This document shows positions 24,301-34,310 of a stretch of 64,000 bases of DNA, one piece after another. The position numbers and the translations under genes were made by a program. The stretch comes from Cenarchaeum sp. Its GTDB lineage: Archaea; Thermoproteota; Nitrososphaeria; Nitrososphaerales; Nitrosopumilaceae. The stretch lies in assembly GCA_965242695.1 (NCBI GenBank), contig CBDESU010000002.1, positions 1,216,001 through 1,280,000 of the forward strand. The letters are read 5' to 3'. Within the stretch, counting starts at the first letter, position 1. The number at the start of each line of letters is the position of its first letter. Below the pieces are notes generated by a model that saw only the letters and a program-made list of their open reading frames with translations, made no database searches and was not told the DNA's origin.

Positions 24301-27300
24301 TGGACCGCGGCCGACGCGGCCGGCAACGCCGCGCAGGCGCGACAGACCGTCACAATAGAGGATACGACGCCGCCGTCGATAGCGGCGCCCGCCGACGTCC
24401 AATTCGAGGCCGCCGCGGCCGACGCCAACGCAGTCGACATCGGCGAGCCAGAGGCATCTGATGTGGTCGGCATCGCATCGGTCGCAAGCGACGCCCCTGC
24501 CGCGTTTGCCGTCGGCAACACTGTCGTCACGTGGACGGCATCCGACGCGGCCGGCAATGCGGCGTCCGACTCGCATGTCGTCTCGGTCGTCGACACGACG
24601 CCTCCGTCCGTGTACGCACCAGAGTCGGTCTTGGCCGAGGCGGCCGGCCCGGCGGGGACCGAGGTCGACCACGGCTCGGCCACTGCATCCGACGCAGTCG
24701 GCGTCGTGTCCATTGCAAGCGACGCGCCGCCCCTGTTCGGACTCGGCACGACCGTAGTGACTTGGACGGCCGCCGACGCGGCCGGCAACAGGCAGACCGC
24801 GACGCAGGAGGTCACGGTCGCCGACACAACGCCGCCGACTCTGGCGGCCCCTGCCAACGTGTCTGTGGAGGCGTCCTCGCCGGACGGCACGCCCGTCGAC
24901 ATGGGATCCCCCGAGGCATCCGACGCCGTCGGCGTCGCCTCCGTCGCAAGCGACGCGCCGGCCCTGTTCCCGCTCGGAACGACGGCCGTTACCTGGACGG
25001 CGACGGACGCGGCCGGCAACGAGGCGACCGCTCGGCAGCAGGTAGACGTCCGCGACACGACGCCGCCTGCCATCTCCGTCCCTGCCCCGATCGTGCTGGA
25101 GGCGACCGATCCTGCCGGCTACCCCGTCGACCCGGGCAGCCTGTTCGAGCTTCCCGCCGCGACCGACCTGGCAGGCCCCGCCTCGCTTGAGAGCGACGCG
25201 CCCCCCGTGCTGCCGCTCGGCCGGACGGCGCTGACCTGGACCGCCACCGATGCCTCCGGCAATACTGCCACGGCCGAGCAGGAGATCACCGTCCGCGACA
25301 CGATTCCGCCGCTACTCGAGGCGCCGCCCGACGCCACGGCCGAGGCCTCCTCGCCGGACGGCACGCCCATCGAGATCGTCGCGCCCAACGCCACCGATAC
25401 AGTCGGCGTCGCGTCCGTCTCGAGCGACGCGCCGGCCCTGTTCCCGCTCGGAACGACGGCCGTTACCTGGACGGCGACGGACGCGGCCGGCAACGAGGCA
25501 ACGGCCGAGCAGCGCATTACAGTCCAGGACACGACGCCGCCTGCGATCGAGCATCCCGTACAGCTGTCGCTCGAGGCCGGCTCCGCGGCCGGCTACGACG
25601 CGGCCGCGCCCGGCCAGGGACTGGCCCCGCCGGCCGCCTCGGATGCGGCCGGCCCGGTTGCCGTCACCGGCGACGCCCCCGCCACGCTCCCGATCGGGCG
25701 CACTGTCATAACCTGGACTGCGATCGACGATGCGGGAAACTCGGCCACGGCCGAGCAGGTCGCCGACGTGGCCGACACGGCGCCCCCGTCGCTCGCCCCG
25801 CCGCCCGACGCCACGGCCGAGGCCTCCTCGCCGGACGGCACGCCCGTCGAGATCGGCGCGCCAGAGGTCTCGGACGCCGTCGGCGTCGCCTCCGTCGCAA
25901 GCGACGCCCCGGCCCTGTTCCCGCTCGGCACGACGATCGTAAACTGGACGGCAGTCGACGATGTCAACAATACCGCAACCGCATCGCAGCGCATCACCGT
26001 CCAGGACACGACGCCGCCTGCCATCTCCGTCCCCGACCCGATCGTGCTGGAGGCGACCGATCCGGCAGGCTACCCCGTCGGCCCCGGCAGCCTGTTCGAT
26101 CTTCCAACTGCGACAGACCTGGCCGGATCGACCACACTCGAGAGCGACGCGCCCCCCGTCCTGCCGCTCGGCCCGACGACGCTGACATGGACCGCAACGG
26201 ATGCGGCAGGCAACGCGGCCACGGCCGAGCAGGAGATCACCGTCCGCGACACAATCCCGCCCGCACTCGCCCCGCCGCCCGACGCCACGGCCGAGGCCTC
26301 CTCGCCGGACGGCACGCCCGTCGAGATCGGCGCGCCCAACGCCACCGATGCCGTCGGCGTCGCGTCCATTGCAAGCGACGCGCCGGCCCTGTTCCCGCTC
26401 GGCTCCACGACCGTAACTTGGACGGCGACGGACGCGGCAGGCAACGAGGCCACGGCCGAGCAGCGCATTACAGTCCAAGATACGACGCCGCCGGCGATCG
26501 AACGCCCCATACCGCTGTCGCTCGAGGCCGGCTCCGCGGCCGGCTACGACGCGGCCGCGCCCGGCCAGGGACTGGCCCCGCCGGCCGCCTCGGATGCGGC
26601 CGGCCCGGTTGCCGTCACCGGCGACGCCCCCGCCACGCTCCCGATCGGGCGCACTGTCATAACCTGGACTACGACCGACGATGCGGGAAACTCGGCCACA
26701 GCCGAGCAGGTCGCCGACGTGGCCGACACGGCGCCCCCGTCGCTCGCCCCGCCGCCCGACGCCACGGCCGAGGCCTCCTCGCCGGACGGCACGCCCGTCG
26801 ACATCGGCTCCCCCGTGGCATCCGATGCCGTCGGCATTGCGTCCGTTGCAAGCGATGCGCCCTCCCTGTTCCCGCTCGGCACGACGATCGTAAACTGGAC
26901 GGCAGTCGACGATGCCAACAATACCGCAACCGCATCGCAGCGCATCACCGTCCAGGACACGACGCCGCCTGCCATCTCCGTCCCCGACCCGATCGTGCTG
27001 GAGGCGACCGATCCTACCGGCTACCCCGTCGGCCCGGGCAGCCTGTTCGAGCTTCCCGCCGCGACCGACCTGGCCGGATCGACTACACTCGAGAGCGACG
27101 CTCCTCCCGTCCTGCCGCTCGGCCCGACGACGCTGACATGGACCGCAACGGATGCGGCAGGCAACGCGGCCACGGCCGAGCAGGAGATCACCGTCCGGGA
27201 CACGATTCCGCCGCTACTCGAGGCGCCGCCCGACGCCACGGCCGAGGCCTCCTCGCCGGACGGCACGCCCGTCGAGATCGGCGCGCCCAACGCCACCGAT

Positions 27301-27729
27301 GCCGTCGGCGTCGCATCCGTCGCAAGCGATGCGCCCTCCTTGTTCCCGCTCGGCTCCACGACAGTGACCTGGACCGCAACGGACGCGGCAGGCAACGCGG
27401 CCACAGTCTCCCACTCGGTCTCGATCCTCGCATGCGGCAGGCCGGCCTCCGGCTTCAACGTCGTATCTGGCACGGCAGACGACGACATACTGGCCGGCAC
27501 GCCGGGGCCCGACCTGATATTTGCGCTAGCCGGCGACGACGTCATCCTCGCCGGCGACGGCGACGACTGCATCCTCGCCGGCGACGGCGACGACGTCATA
27601 CGCGGCCAGTCGGGCGACGACGTCATACGCGGCCAGTCGGGCGATGACGTGATCGACGGCGGCGACGGCCGCGACGCCTGCGAGGCGGGCGGCGGCTCGG
27701 GCGGCCTGGCGACCAACTGCGAGCAGTAG
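21382..27729 (+). CDS. Giant surface adhesin-like protein: NHL propeller + ~20 HYR/Ig-like repeats + RTX-type Ca-binding repeats
   Basis: Signal peptide; NHL repeats; DTTPP..FPLGTTTVTWTATDAAGN repeats; GDGDD/GQSGDD/GGDGRD nonapeptides. Confidence 0.85.
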   Translation: MPLQGALKSCTARTGRGGARGRGAPAALALAAASLAALFALQGAAPDAAAAGPSHPHVASWGQSGLDPGHFGNPQSAAVDGEGNVYVTDLGNARVQKFNPDGVYLLSWGDTGQGAGQFTAPAGIAVGINSTVYVVDAQLHRVQAFGPDGMYVGQWGGRGQGPGQFILPSGIAAGPDGSVYVADTGNRRVQVFAANGTYVSEMGRLGVPEGDALASPSGIAVGAEGTVYVSDPAAASIKRFGPDGQPLAAYDASVGGLDLRAHGVDLAPGGGLYAADPINNRVVLLDASGAAVSSWGSEGILPGQFKLPEDVAVSASAGVLYVVDSNGHRVQAFSLPPQDEAPAEQPQQRPREAPISASPAAPAAPAGADLSKPSIVPPADMTVEATGPLTPVSVGQAVATDASGIESLESNAPERFTLGISTVIWTAIDGAGNMAVATQKVTVRDTIPPAIGAVPDIVAEAAGATGTPVELAEPQVADAVGVMSVSSDAPAAFPLGATVVTWTARDVAGNEATALQNVVVEDTVRPSVRAPPDVAFEAVSTASNEVPLGEPAASDGGSGIASVAGDAPAAFPLGTTTVTWTATDAAGNEATATQEVAVLDTTPPSIEPPPDVVFEATSPALNEVDLGAPVVDDVQEVAVTSDAPAAFPLGSHAVAWNATDASGNSATAVQHVDVVDTTPPSVRVPPAMTVEAESPDGAAAALGRIVVGEAAGDGAAPDATPVASVANDAPPMLALGRTVVTWTVSDEAGNTATAAQEVNVVDTTPPSITAPADATAEASSPDGTPVEIGEPESSDAVGVASISSDAPALFPLGTTTVTWTATDAAGNEATATQEVAVLDTTPPAITAPADATAEAASEDGTPAVDLGEPEASDAVGVASISSDAPALFPLGTTTVTWTATDAAGNEATATQQVAVLDTTPPTLVAPPAVRAEAAGPSTPLAGIGEATASDAVGVVLLGSDSPAAYPVGETIVTWTAADAAGNAAQARQTVTIEDTTPPSIAAPADVQFEAAAADANAVDIGEPEASDVVGIASVASDAPAAFAVGNTVVTWTASDAAGNAASDSHVVSVVDTTPPSVYAPESVLAEAAGPAGTEVDHGSATASDAVGVVSIASDAPPLFGLGTTVVTWTAADAAGNRQTATQEVTVADTTPPTLAAPANVSVEASSPDGTPVDMGSPEASDAVGVASVASDAPALFPLGTTAVTWTATDAAGNEATARQQVDVRDTTPPAISVPAPIVLEATDPAGYPVDPGSLFELPAATDLAGPASLESDAPPVLPLGRTALTWTATDASGNTATAEQEITVRDTIPPLLEAPPDATAEASSPDGTPIEIVAPNATDTVGVASVSSDAPALFPLGTTAVTWTATDAAGNEATAEQRITVQDTTPPAIEHPVQLSLEAGSAAGYDAAAPGQGLAPPAASDAAGPVAVTGDAPATLPIGRTVITWTAIDDAGNSATAEQVADVADTAPPSLAPPPDATAEASSPDGTPVEIGAPEVSDAVGVASVASDAPALFPLGTTIVNWTAVDDVNNTATASQRITVQDTTPPAISVPDPIVLEATDPAGYPVGPGSLFDLPTATDLAGSTTLESDAPPVLPLGPTTLTWTATDAAGNAATAEQEITVRDTIPPALAPPPDATAEASSPDGTPVEIGAPNATDAVGVASIASDAPALFPLGSTTVTWTATDAAGNEATAEQRITVQDTTPPAIERPIPLSLEAGSAAGYDAAAPGQGLAPPAASDAAGPVAVTGDAPATLPIGRTVITWTTTDDAGNSATAEQVADVADTAPPSLAPPPDATAEASSPDGTPVDIGSPVASDAVGIASVASDAPSLFPLGTTIVNWTAVDDANNTATASQRITVQDTTPPAISVPDPIVLEATDPTGYPVGPGSLFELPAATDLAGSTTLESDAPPVLPLGPTTLTWTATDAAGNAATAEQEITVRDTIPPLLEAPPDATAEASSPDGTPVEIGAPNATDAVGVASVASDAPSLFPLGSTTVTWTATDAAGNAATVSHSVSILACGRPASGFNVVSGTADDDILAGTPGPDLIFALAGDDVILAGDGDDCILAGDGDDVIRGQSGDDVIRGQSGDDVIDGGDGRDACEAGGGSGGLATNCEQ
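25054..27405 (+). repeat. Tandem 951-bp repeat (~2.5 copies) within the HYR stalk
   Basis: GACACGACGCCGCCTGCCATCTCCGTCCC at 25054, 26005, 26956. Confidence 0.85.
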
Positions 27730-27875
27730 CGCCTGCGGAGGATGCGGCCGGGGAGGGAGCGGCGGCCCCGTGCGCAATCTGGCCTGCCCCTCCCGGCCCG
27801 TGCGTCGCCATTGCAGTGCCGCCGCCCTTGGTCGGGGCGCCTCAACTGGCAAGACTGTGGTTCTGGCCTGTCACG

Positions 27876-29078
27876 CTACGGGAGTTCGCTACCGAATCTG
27901 GAGCGCAGCCAGTCCGCAAAGACGTGATCTATGATCATGTACCTGTGCTCCCCGTGCTTTCTTACCACGTCCTTGGAGATCAGCCTGCGAAGCGTCATTG
28001 GTATGGAGGTGGGGGCCGCATTGATGTGCCTAGCTATCGACGTCACCCCGTTGTTCGAGTTTGCCATCGCTATGAGCGCCTCTCGCTCCCGATCCGAGTG
28101 GGTGCGCAGCTGCGACTCAAAGTCGGGCCCCAGCCTGCCGATCATGTTCGCATACGCCACCTTCACGTCGGATGCCGATATGGACCGCCTGCCGCCCTCC
28201 CTGCAGCGCGCAAGCGTTTCCAGGGCCAGCCTTTGGACATAGTCGGGAAAGCCCTGGCTTTGCTCCCAGATGGCTTCTAGCGCCTCCTGCCCCGCACCTA
28301 TTCTCGCCACGCCGAACCGCTCGGCCAGGAACTTGAGGACTTCGTCCGCAGGCAGGGGCGGGACGGGGATCTCGTAGAGCTGGCGGTAGAAGGGGGCGCC
28401 CTGGTTGTACGCCATGTCGCGCAGTGCGAACGGGGCCGACCCGGCCAGTATGTACGTGACTGACTTTTGCGCCTGGATAACCCTTCGCACAGTGCTGAGG
28501 AACCGCGATCCGAGCCTCAGCATGTCCTGAAACTCGTCTATCATGACGACGAACAGGGTGCCCATGTCTGATCCGAGCGCCTCGGGATACCCGAGCGCCT
28601 GCTCAACGAGCTCCTCCTCGTCGCACTCTTCCCTGGACAGCATGATGCTGAATTTAACATACTCGACAACGGATGCGTTGCCTTGATCTGGCCAGTCGCC
28701 CGTACTCCGCCCCTCCTTGACTCCCGCCTTGATCTTTTTCAGCAGTGCCCCGTCGCCTGACTTTGACAGGTATCCGTCTAAAACCGCCCGCATGTACGCC
28801 CTGGCGAACACCCGCCTGGTCGGCATGGCCGAGGCGTTGACGGCTACGGGAACGATTCTTTTGTCTCGGCCTAGTCGCTCCTTTACGCTTAGCAGTATCG
28901 AGGACTTGCCCATGCGCCTCAGGCCAAGGAGCAACATGTGGTTGATCGCCCCGTCGCGCGCTCCGCCTACCAGCATGCCGATCTCGTTGAGGATCTTTTC
29001 GCGCCCGACAAAGTGATCGCCGCTGACCGGCACGCCGCTGACAAACGGCACCGGCTTTGGGCCCGTCTTGCTGGCCAT
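27876..29078 (-). CDS. Archaeal AAA+ ATPase (ATPase_2/STAND-like) with C-terminal winged HTH
   Basis: FVGREKIL, Walker A GLRRMGKSS, Walker B VMIDEFQ, GFPDYVQ, C-terminal wHTH..DHVFADWL. Confidence 0.85.
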   Translation of the reverse strand: MASKTGPKPVPFVSGVPVSGDHFVGREKILNEIGMLVGGARDGAINHMLLLGLRRMGKSSILLSVKERLGRDKRIVPVAVNASAMPTRRVFARAYMRAVLDGYLSKSGDGALLKKIKAGVKEGRSTGDWPDQGNASVVEYVKFSIMLSREECDEEELVEQALGYPEALGSDMGTLFVVMIDEFQDMLRLGSRFLSTVRRVIQAQKSVTYILAGSAPFALRDMAYNQGAPFYRQLYEIPVPPLPADEVLKFLAERFGVARIGAGQEALEAIWEQSQGFPDYVQRLALETLARCREGGRRSISASDVKVAYANMIGRLGPDFESQLRTHSDREREALIAMANSNNGVTSIARHINAAPTSIPMTLRRLISKDVVRKHGEHRYMIIDHVFADWLRSRFGSELP

Positions 29079-29112
29079 CCTCGCTCCTGCCGTTGGCGCG
29101 CATTTGAATTTA

Positions 29113-29146
29113 TATACATTTTTGTATAGCTATACATTTTTGTATA
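29113..29146. promoter_or_regulatory. Two tandem 16-bp palindromes TATACA-TTTT-TGTATA over the ATPase promoter
   Basis: Identical copies at 29113-29128 and 29131-29146; minus-strand TATA (TATATAAA) overlaps the first. Confidence 0.7.
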
Positions 29147-29660
29147 ATCCAATGCACGCCTGCGCGGAAGATGCAAGCAAAGTGGCCATGCCGTGACGCC
29201 GCTGCTCAAACCGCCTTGCCGGTTTTTGGCCGACTGCCGACGGCTTGGGGAGGGGCGCGAGCGGATGCGGCCGGATGCGTTGCGAGCTCCGTTACGAGCG
29301 GGCGGTTCTGTGCCGCTGCATGCGGCCGACGCCGCACCGGCCGCCTTGGCGGACGGGGGCGCAGCCGTCGGCGCGGGCTGTCGTCTGCCGCCGGGGCCCG
29401 CGAGCGGCCCATACTTCCCGGCGCCTGATCGCCGGCATCGCCGGCTCCTCGCAAGCGGTTGGAGCCTGCCCGATCACAGCAGCGCGGACGCGTGGGGGCG
29501 CGGTGCGGACGGGCCGGCGCATCGCGCGGGGCCGCTGGAGCCCGCTTCGGCCTGCGGCGTTGCGGGACGGGCGCCAGGCGGGAGCGTCAAAGGGAGCGCC
29601 CGCAGTGCACATCGCGGCCCAGAGGCGGCGCGCGAGTCGGGGTAGCCGCCTCCCCGCCGT

Positions 29661-30716
29661 CTACTCCTCGGATATCACGCTGCGTATGTTCTCGTCGATG
29701 GCGACCTCTATGATGTCGGCCGAGTACTCTGCCGTCCTGCGTATGCCCTCCAGCACGAACCGCGCCACGGTAGAGTTGGGGTCGCCCTCTGCAATCCCCG
29801 ACATGATGGCCTTTTCCGACTCGACGACGCCGCGCACGAGGGGCGCGGTCCCCTCTGCGCGCGCGCAGTCCCTTCCCAGGACGGACTCGACGGCCCCGTC
29901 GAACGCGCGCAGCGACTCGGCCGAGACGCCGCCGATCCGCCCCATCAGCCCCGACTCGATCCCGCCGCCGGACAGGAACTTTACCCTCTTTGCGATCATG
30001 GCCGCATGGTCGGCGATGCGCTCGATGCGCTCGATGACGGCCCTGTACCCGATGCACTCCGACGGGCTTGCCAGCCCCATCTCGGCCAGGACGCCGGCGT
30101 CGTTGGCCGCAAGCATGAGGTTGCGCCTCGTGTACAGGCTGAACCTGTCGACCTCGTCGTCCATCCCGACGACCTCCTCTGCATGCGGCGCGTCGGCGGC
30201 GGCCAGGGCCTCGACGGCCTCGGAGTGCATGCTAGAGGCCATGCGGTGCATCCGCCTCACCGCCGCCTCGAACGACAGCTCGGGCAGGCGCGTGAGCACC
30301 TGCATTGTGACGGCGCCTGCCGTGCTCTCCACTATCTCCGTGCCGATGAGGGACGTGCGGGCGATCCCGCGCGCGGCGCGCTCGTGGCCATCGCCGAGCC
30401 TGCCGCCCCTTGCCCTCACGACGATCGAGTCGTAGCCGGCCAGGTACGCGGCGATCAGGCGCCGGCTGAGCGTCTCGCCCGTGTCGGCGCGGCCGGCCAT
30501 GACGACGGCCCTCCTGCCGGGCGGCGCCCCGCCGCCGGGGCCTCCGCCGCCGCGCGCCGCCGCGCTGGCGTGCAGCGTCAGCGACGCGTTGGCGTTCCTC
30601 GAGACGGCGATGCCGTCGCCGGCCCTCAGCCCGAGGCCCTCTACCCACGCCCTCGGAAGCGACACGACGTACGTCGAGCCTCCGCTGAGCTGGAGCTTGC
30701 GGACCTGCGTGTCCAT
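29661..30716 (-). CDS. phoU: Phosphate uptake regulator (AbrB + PhoU domains)
   Basis: RKLQLSGGSTYVVSLPRAW; DDEVDRF; ERIADHA. Confidence 0.9.
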   Translation of the reverse strand: MDTQVRKLQLSGGSTYVVSLPRAWVEGLGLRAGDGIAVSRNANASLTLHASAAARGGGGPGGGAPPGRRAVVMAGRADTGETLSRRLIAAYLAGYDSIVVRARGGRLGDGHERAARGIARTSLIGTEIVESTAGAVTMQVLTRLPELSFEAAVRRMHRMASSMHSEAVEALAAADAPHAEEVVGMDDEVDRFSLYTRRNLMLAANDAGVLAEMGLASPSECIGYRAVIERIERIADHAAMIAKRVKFLSGGGIESGLMGRIGGVSAESLRAFDGAVESVLGRDCARAEGTAPLVRGVVESEKAIMSGIAEGDPNSTVARFVLEGIRRTAEYSADIIEVAIDENIRSVISEE

Positions 30717-30834
30717 TCCTAGGGCGGGGCCGATCGGGCGCGATTAAACCCTTGCCCCGGCCGCTATATAGGCCAAATACCCGCCCGTAAAGTATGGTGC
30801 AACTGCACATAACGCCTCGCCGCCGCGCGCCCGC

Positions 30835-31803
30835 GTGCTGCGGCACAAGGCGGCCGGCTCGCCGGGCCGCCCGATAGCGGACAAGCTGTTTCGGTGGGGC
30901 GCGACGATCGCCGGCGCGTACGTCCTGGCCGTCATACTCATCATAGTCCTACAGCTCGGGCTCGAGTCGGCCCCGATATGGGAGAAGGAGGGGATCGGGT
31001 TCCTCTGGGGGACGGACTGGAACCCCGTCGAGGGCCGCGACTCGTTCGGGGCCCTGCCCTACGTAGTCGGCACGCTCGTGACGGCGGCCATCGCCATGTC
31101 GATCGGCGTGCCGCTGAGCATCGGGATCGCAATGTTCGTCATGATCGCGCCGAGGCGCATCGGCGCCCCGCTCGGCTACCTCGTAGAGCTCATAGAGGCC
31201 GTGCCGAGCGTCGTATTCGGGCTGTGGGGACTGTTCGTGTTCAGGGTCTACCTGCGCGACTGGGTCGAGGTGCCGCTGCACGACGCGTTCGGCGACTCGA
31301 TATTCCTGTTCTCGGGCGCCCCGTTCGGGCTCGACGTGCTCTCGGCGAGCATCATACTGGCAATCATGATCATCCCGACCATATCGGCCGTCTCGCGCGA
31401 GGTCATGACGGCGGTCCCGCAGCAGCAGCGCGAGGCCGCGTACATGCTCGGCTCGACGACGTGGGAGATGTTCCGCCTGGCCGTCTTCCCGTACTCGAAG
31501 GCGGGGCTGATCGGCGCGTCCATCCTGGGCCTGGGCAGGGCCGTCGGCGAGACCATGGCCGTCACGATGCTCATCGGCAACGCGACGGGCCTGCGCGCCA
31601 TACCCGAGTCGCTGTTCGACTCGAGCCAGTCCATGGCGAGCATCATTGCCAACGAGTTCATCGAGGCCGACCTGGTGCTGCACGTCCCGGCCCTGATTGC
31701 GGTCGGGCTGGTCCTGCTGCTCATCGCAATGGCCATCAACGTGGTCGCGCACTTTCTGGTAGTGCGCATGCTCAAGATACGCGAGGGGGCGATCAACAAT
31801 TGA
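30835..31803 (+). CDS. pstC: Phosphate ABC transporter permease PstC
   Basis: FGALPYVVGT, PSVVFGLWG, LGRAVGETMAV. Confidence 0.95.
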   Translation: MLRHKAAGSPGRPIADKLFRWGATIAGAYVLAVILIIVLQLGLESAPIWEKEGIGFLWGTDWNPVEGRDSFGALPYVVGTLVTAAIAMSIGVPLSIGIAMFVMIAPRRIGAPLGYLVELIEAVPSVVFGLWGLFVFRVYLRDWVEVPLHDAFGDSIFLFSGAPFGLDVLSASIILAIMIIPTISAVSREVMTAVPQQQREAAYMLGSTTWEMFRLAVFPYSKAGLIGASILGLGRAVGETMAVTMLIGNATGLRAIPESLFDSSQSMASIIANEFIEADLVLHVPALIAVGLVLLLIAMAINVVAHFLVVRMLKIREGAINN

Positions 31804-32765
31804 CGGCAGCGCAGGCGCCGCAGGGCGCGGCAGGCGGCCTCCCGGCATCGCGCGACGAGAGGCGCGCCCGGTACAGGGCCATGTTCAAGGCCAACGTCGG
31901 CCGGCGCCTCCTAGTCGACAGGGTCATGCTCGGCGTCGTCATGGCGTGCGCCCTCGTGGCCATTGCGCCGCTCATGTGGATACTCGCGACGCTGTTCGTC
32001 GGCGGCGCCGAGGCGCTCACGTGGGAGTTCCTCACGGGCGAGCCCGGGGCGGTCGGCTCGGGCGTGCCCCTGGCGATAGGGCCGGCCGTGCAGGGGACGG
32101 TCATCATAATCGGCCTGTCGGCGCTGCTCGGCCTGCCAGTCGGCATCCTCGGCGGCATCTACCTGGCCGAGTTCGGGCGCGGGTGGTTTGCAAAGCAGAT
32201 ACGGTTCTTCATGGACGTCTTCATGGAGTTCCCGTCGATCGTCCTCGGCATATTCGCGTTCCTGGCCGTCGTCCTCCTGCTCGGCCACTTCTCCCTGTGG
32301 GCCGGCGCGTTCGCCCTCTCGCTGATAATGTTCCCCATCGTGGCGCGCTCGACCGAGGAGGCCATGAAGATGGTGCCGTGGTCGCTGCGCGAGGCCGGCG
32401 CGGCCCTGGGCCTGCGCAACTGGGTCGTCATACTCCGCGTCGTCCTGCCGGCCGCCAAGAAGGGCATCATCACGGGCGTGCTGCTCTCCGTCTCGCGCGT
32501 CGGCGGCGAGACGGCCCCCCTCATAATGACCATACTGGGGAGCAGCCAGTTCTTTGCGGGCCTGGACAACCCGATGGACGCCCTGCCGCTGCGCATATGG
32601 CGGCTCTCGCTGCAGCCGTACGACGAGGCGCGCCTTGCGGGGTGGGGCGCGGCCCTCGTGCTTGTCCTGCTCATACTGGCCATACATGTCGGCGTCCGCT
32701 ACTGGTTTCTCCAAAAGGGGCGGGGCAAGGGTTTAATGGCCCGCCTCGGCCACGGGAGGATGTAG
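31800..32765 (+). CDS. pstA: Phosphate ABC transporter permease PstA
   Basis: GIYLAEF, PSIVLGIF, REAGAALG, RVGGETAPL; TTG overlaps pstC stop. Confidence 0.93.
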   Translation: MTAAQAPQGAAGGLPASRDERRARYRAMFKANVGRRLLVDRVMLGVVMACALVAIAPLMWILATLFVGGAEALTWEFLTGEPGAVGSGVPLAIGPAVQGTVIIIGLSALLGLPVGILGGIYLAEFGRGWFAKQIRFFMDVFMEFPSIVLGIFAFLAVVLLLGHFSLWAGAFALSLIMFPIVARSTEEAMKMVPWSLREAGAALGLRNWVVILRVVLPAAKKGIITGVLLSVSRVGGETAPLIMTILGSSQFFAGLDNPMDALPLRIWRLSLQPYDEARLAGWGAALVLVLLILAIHVGVRYWFLQKGRGKGLMARLGHGRM

Positions 32766-32768
32766 GCA

Positions 32769-33626
32769 ATGCCCGCCGCAGCCCTGGCCGAGCCGATCGT
32801 CGCGCCGCAGCCCGGCCGCGCCGCCGAGTCCGAGGCGCGCGAGGCCGGCGCCGGCGGTGAGCCCGCCAGGCGGCTCAAGATGGTCACCGAGCACGTCAGC
32901 GTGCACTACGGCAAGGTAGAGGCCGTCAAGGACGTCTCGATGGGCTTTCCCGAGAGGTCGGTGACGGCCCTCATAGGGCCGTCGGGGTGCGGCAAGACGA
33001 CCTTTCTTAGATGCCTCAACCGCATGCACGACATGACGAGCAGCGCGCGCGTGTCCGGCAGGGTAAGGATAGACGAGGCCGACCTGTACGACCGCAGCGT
33101 CGACCCGATATACCACCGGCGCAAGGTCGGCATGGTCTTCCAAAAGCCCAACCCGTTCCCGACCATGTCCATATACGACAACGTGGTCGCCGGCGTCCGG
33201 CTCAACGGGGTGCGCGACCGCCGCATACTCGACGAGATCGTAGAGGACACGCTCCGCATGGCGTACCTGTGGGACGAGGTCAGGGGCGACCTGCGCAAGC
33301 CGGCCGTCGAGCTGTCCGGCGGGCAGCAGCAGCGCCTGTGCATAGCGCGCGCCCTTGCCATACAGCCCGAGGTGCTCCTCATGGACGAGCCCGCCTCGGC
33401 GCTCGACCCGATAGCGACGCAGAAGATCGAGGAGACGATCACCGAGCTCAAGAGGGACTACTGCATCATCATCGTAACGCACAACATGCAGCAGGCCCTG
33501 CGCTGCTCGGACTATACGGGCTTCATGTACCTCGGCGAGCTGATCGAGTTCGGGGAGACGGGCCAGATATTCACGCAGCCGCGCAACGAGCTGACGTCGC
33601 GGTACGTCCAGGGCCAGTTCGGCTAG
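32769..33626 (+). CDS. pstB: Phosphate ABC transporter ATPase PstB
   Basis: [42 protein letters not shown]. Confidence 0.97.
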   Translation: MPAAALAEPIVAPQPGRAAESEAREAGAGGEPARRLKMVTEHVSVHYGKVEAVKDVSMGFPERSVTALIGPSGCGKTTFLRCLNRMHDMTSSARVSGRVRIDEADLYDRSVDPIYHRRKVGMVFQKPNPFPTMSIYDNVVAGVRLNGVRDRRILDEIVEDTLRMAYLWDEVRGDLRKPAVELSGGQQQRLCIARALAIQPEVLLMDEPASALDPIATQKIEETITELKRDYCIIIVTHNMQQALRCSDYTGFMYLGELIEFGETGQIFTQPRNELTSRYVQGQFG

Positions 33627-33686
33627 GCCGGGCGGGGCGAGGTGCCGAGGCCGGGATCGCGGGCGGGAAGAGGGGGGACGGGAGCG

Positions 33687-34310
33687 GTGGATCGGCTCAT
33701 AAGCCCGCCGCTGCGCGCCGTGGCCGACCTCATGTCCGAGATGGGCCGCAAGGCCGTCGACTGCACCGCCCTTGCGATCGACTCGTACCTGGAGGGCGGC
33801 GACTCGGTCCTCCGGGTAAAGGCCATGTCCGACGACATACGGCGCCGGTACCACGAGGTCGAGGACCTCACGTTCGGCACCCTCATGCGGTACCAGCCGG
33901 CGGCCGAGGAGTTCCGGTTCATACGGTCGTCGACCGAGATCGCGTACGCATTCTCGCGCCTCGGCAGGTACGCCTTCGACATAGCCCTCGTGCGCGCAAA
34001 GTTCGGCGACCTGTCGGGGTGCGACAAGAGGTGGCTGCTAGAGGTGGCAAACGAGGTCAAGGGGATGACGGCCGATGCAGTCCTGTCGTTCGCCGAGCTC
34101 GACACGGGCAGGGCCGCGAAGATACGGGCGCGCGAGGACTTTGTCGACAGGGTGTACCGCGGCCGCATACCCGAGCTCGTCCGGTCTGCGAGCACGCCGT
34201 GCGCCCTGTCCGAGGCGCTCGTCCTGCTGTACCTGGAGCGGATGGCCGACCACGCCGTGTTCATGAGCGGCTCGGTCGACTACATCGTCAACGGTAGGCA
34301 CGGGGAGTAG
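33687..34310 (+). CDS. phoU: PhoU-family protein
   Basis: RYQPAA..RFIRS, RLGRYAFDI, EDFVD, LERMADHA. Confidence 0.88.
   Translation: MDRLISPPLRAVADLMSEMGRKAVDCTALAIDSYLEGGDSVLRVKAMSDDIRRRYHEVEDLTFGTLMRYQPAAEEFRFIRSSTEIAYAFSRLGRYAFDIALVRAKFGDLSGCDKRWLLEVANEVKGMTADAVLSFAELDTGRAAKIRAREDFVDRVYRGRIPELVRSASTPCALSEALVLLYLERMADHAVFMSGSVDYIVNGRHGE

Noticed and set aside
11583-27852. Numerous long antisense and alternate-frame ORFs over the repeat genes
   Set aside because: Shadows of GC-rich coding frames (Arg/Pro/Ala-rich, no motifs)
30794-30810. GTGCA-AC-TGCAC as a phosphate-regulon operator
   Set aside because: Too short and single-copy to distinguish from chance
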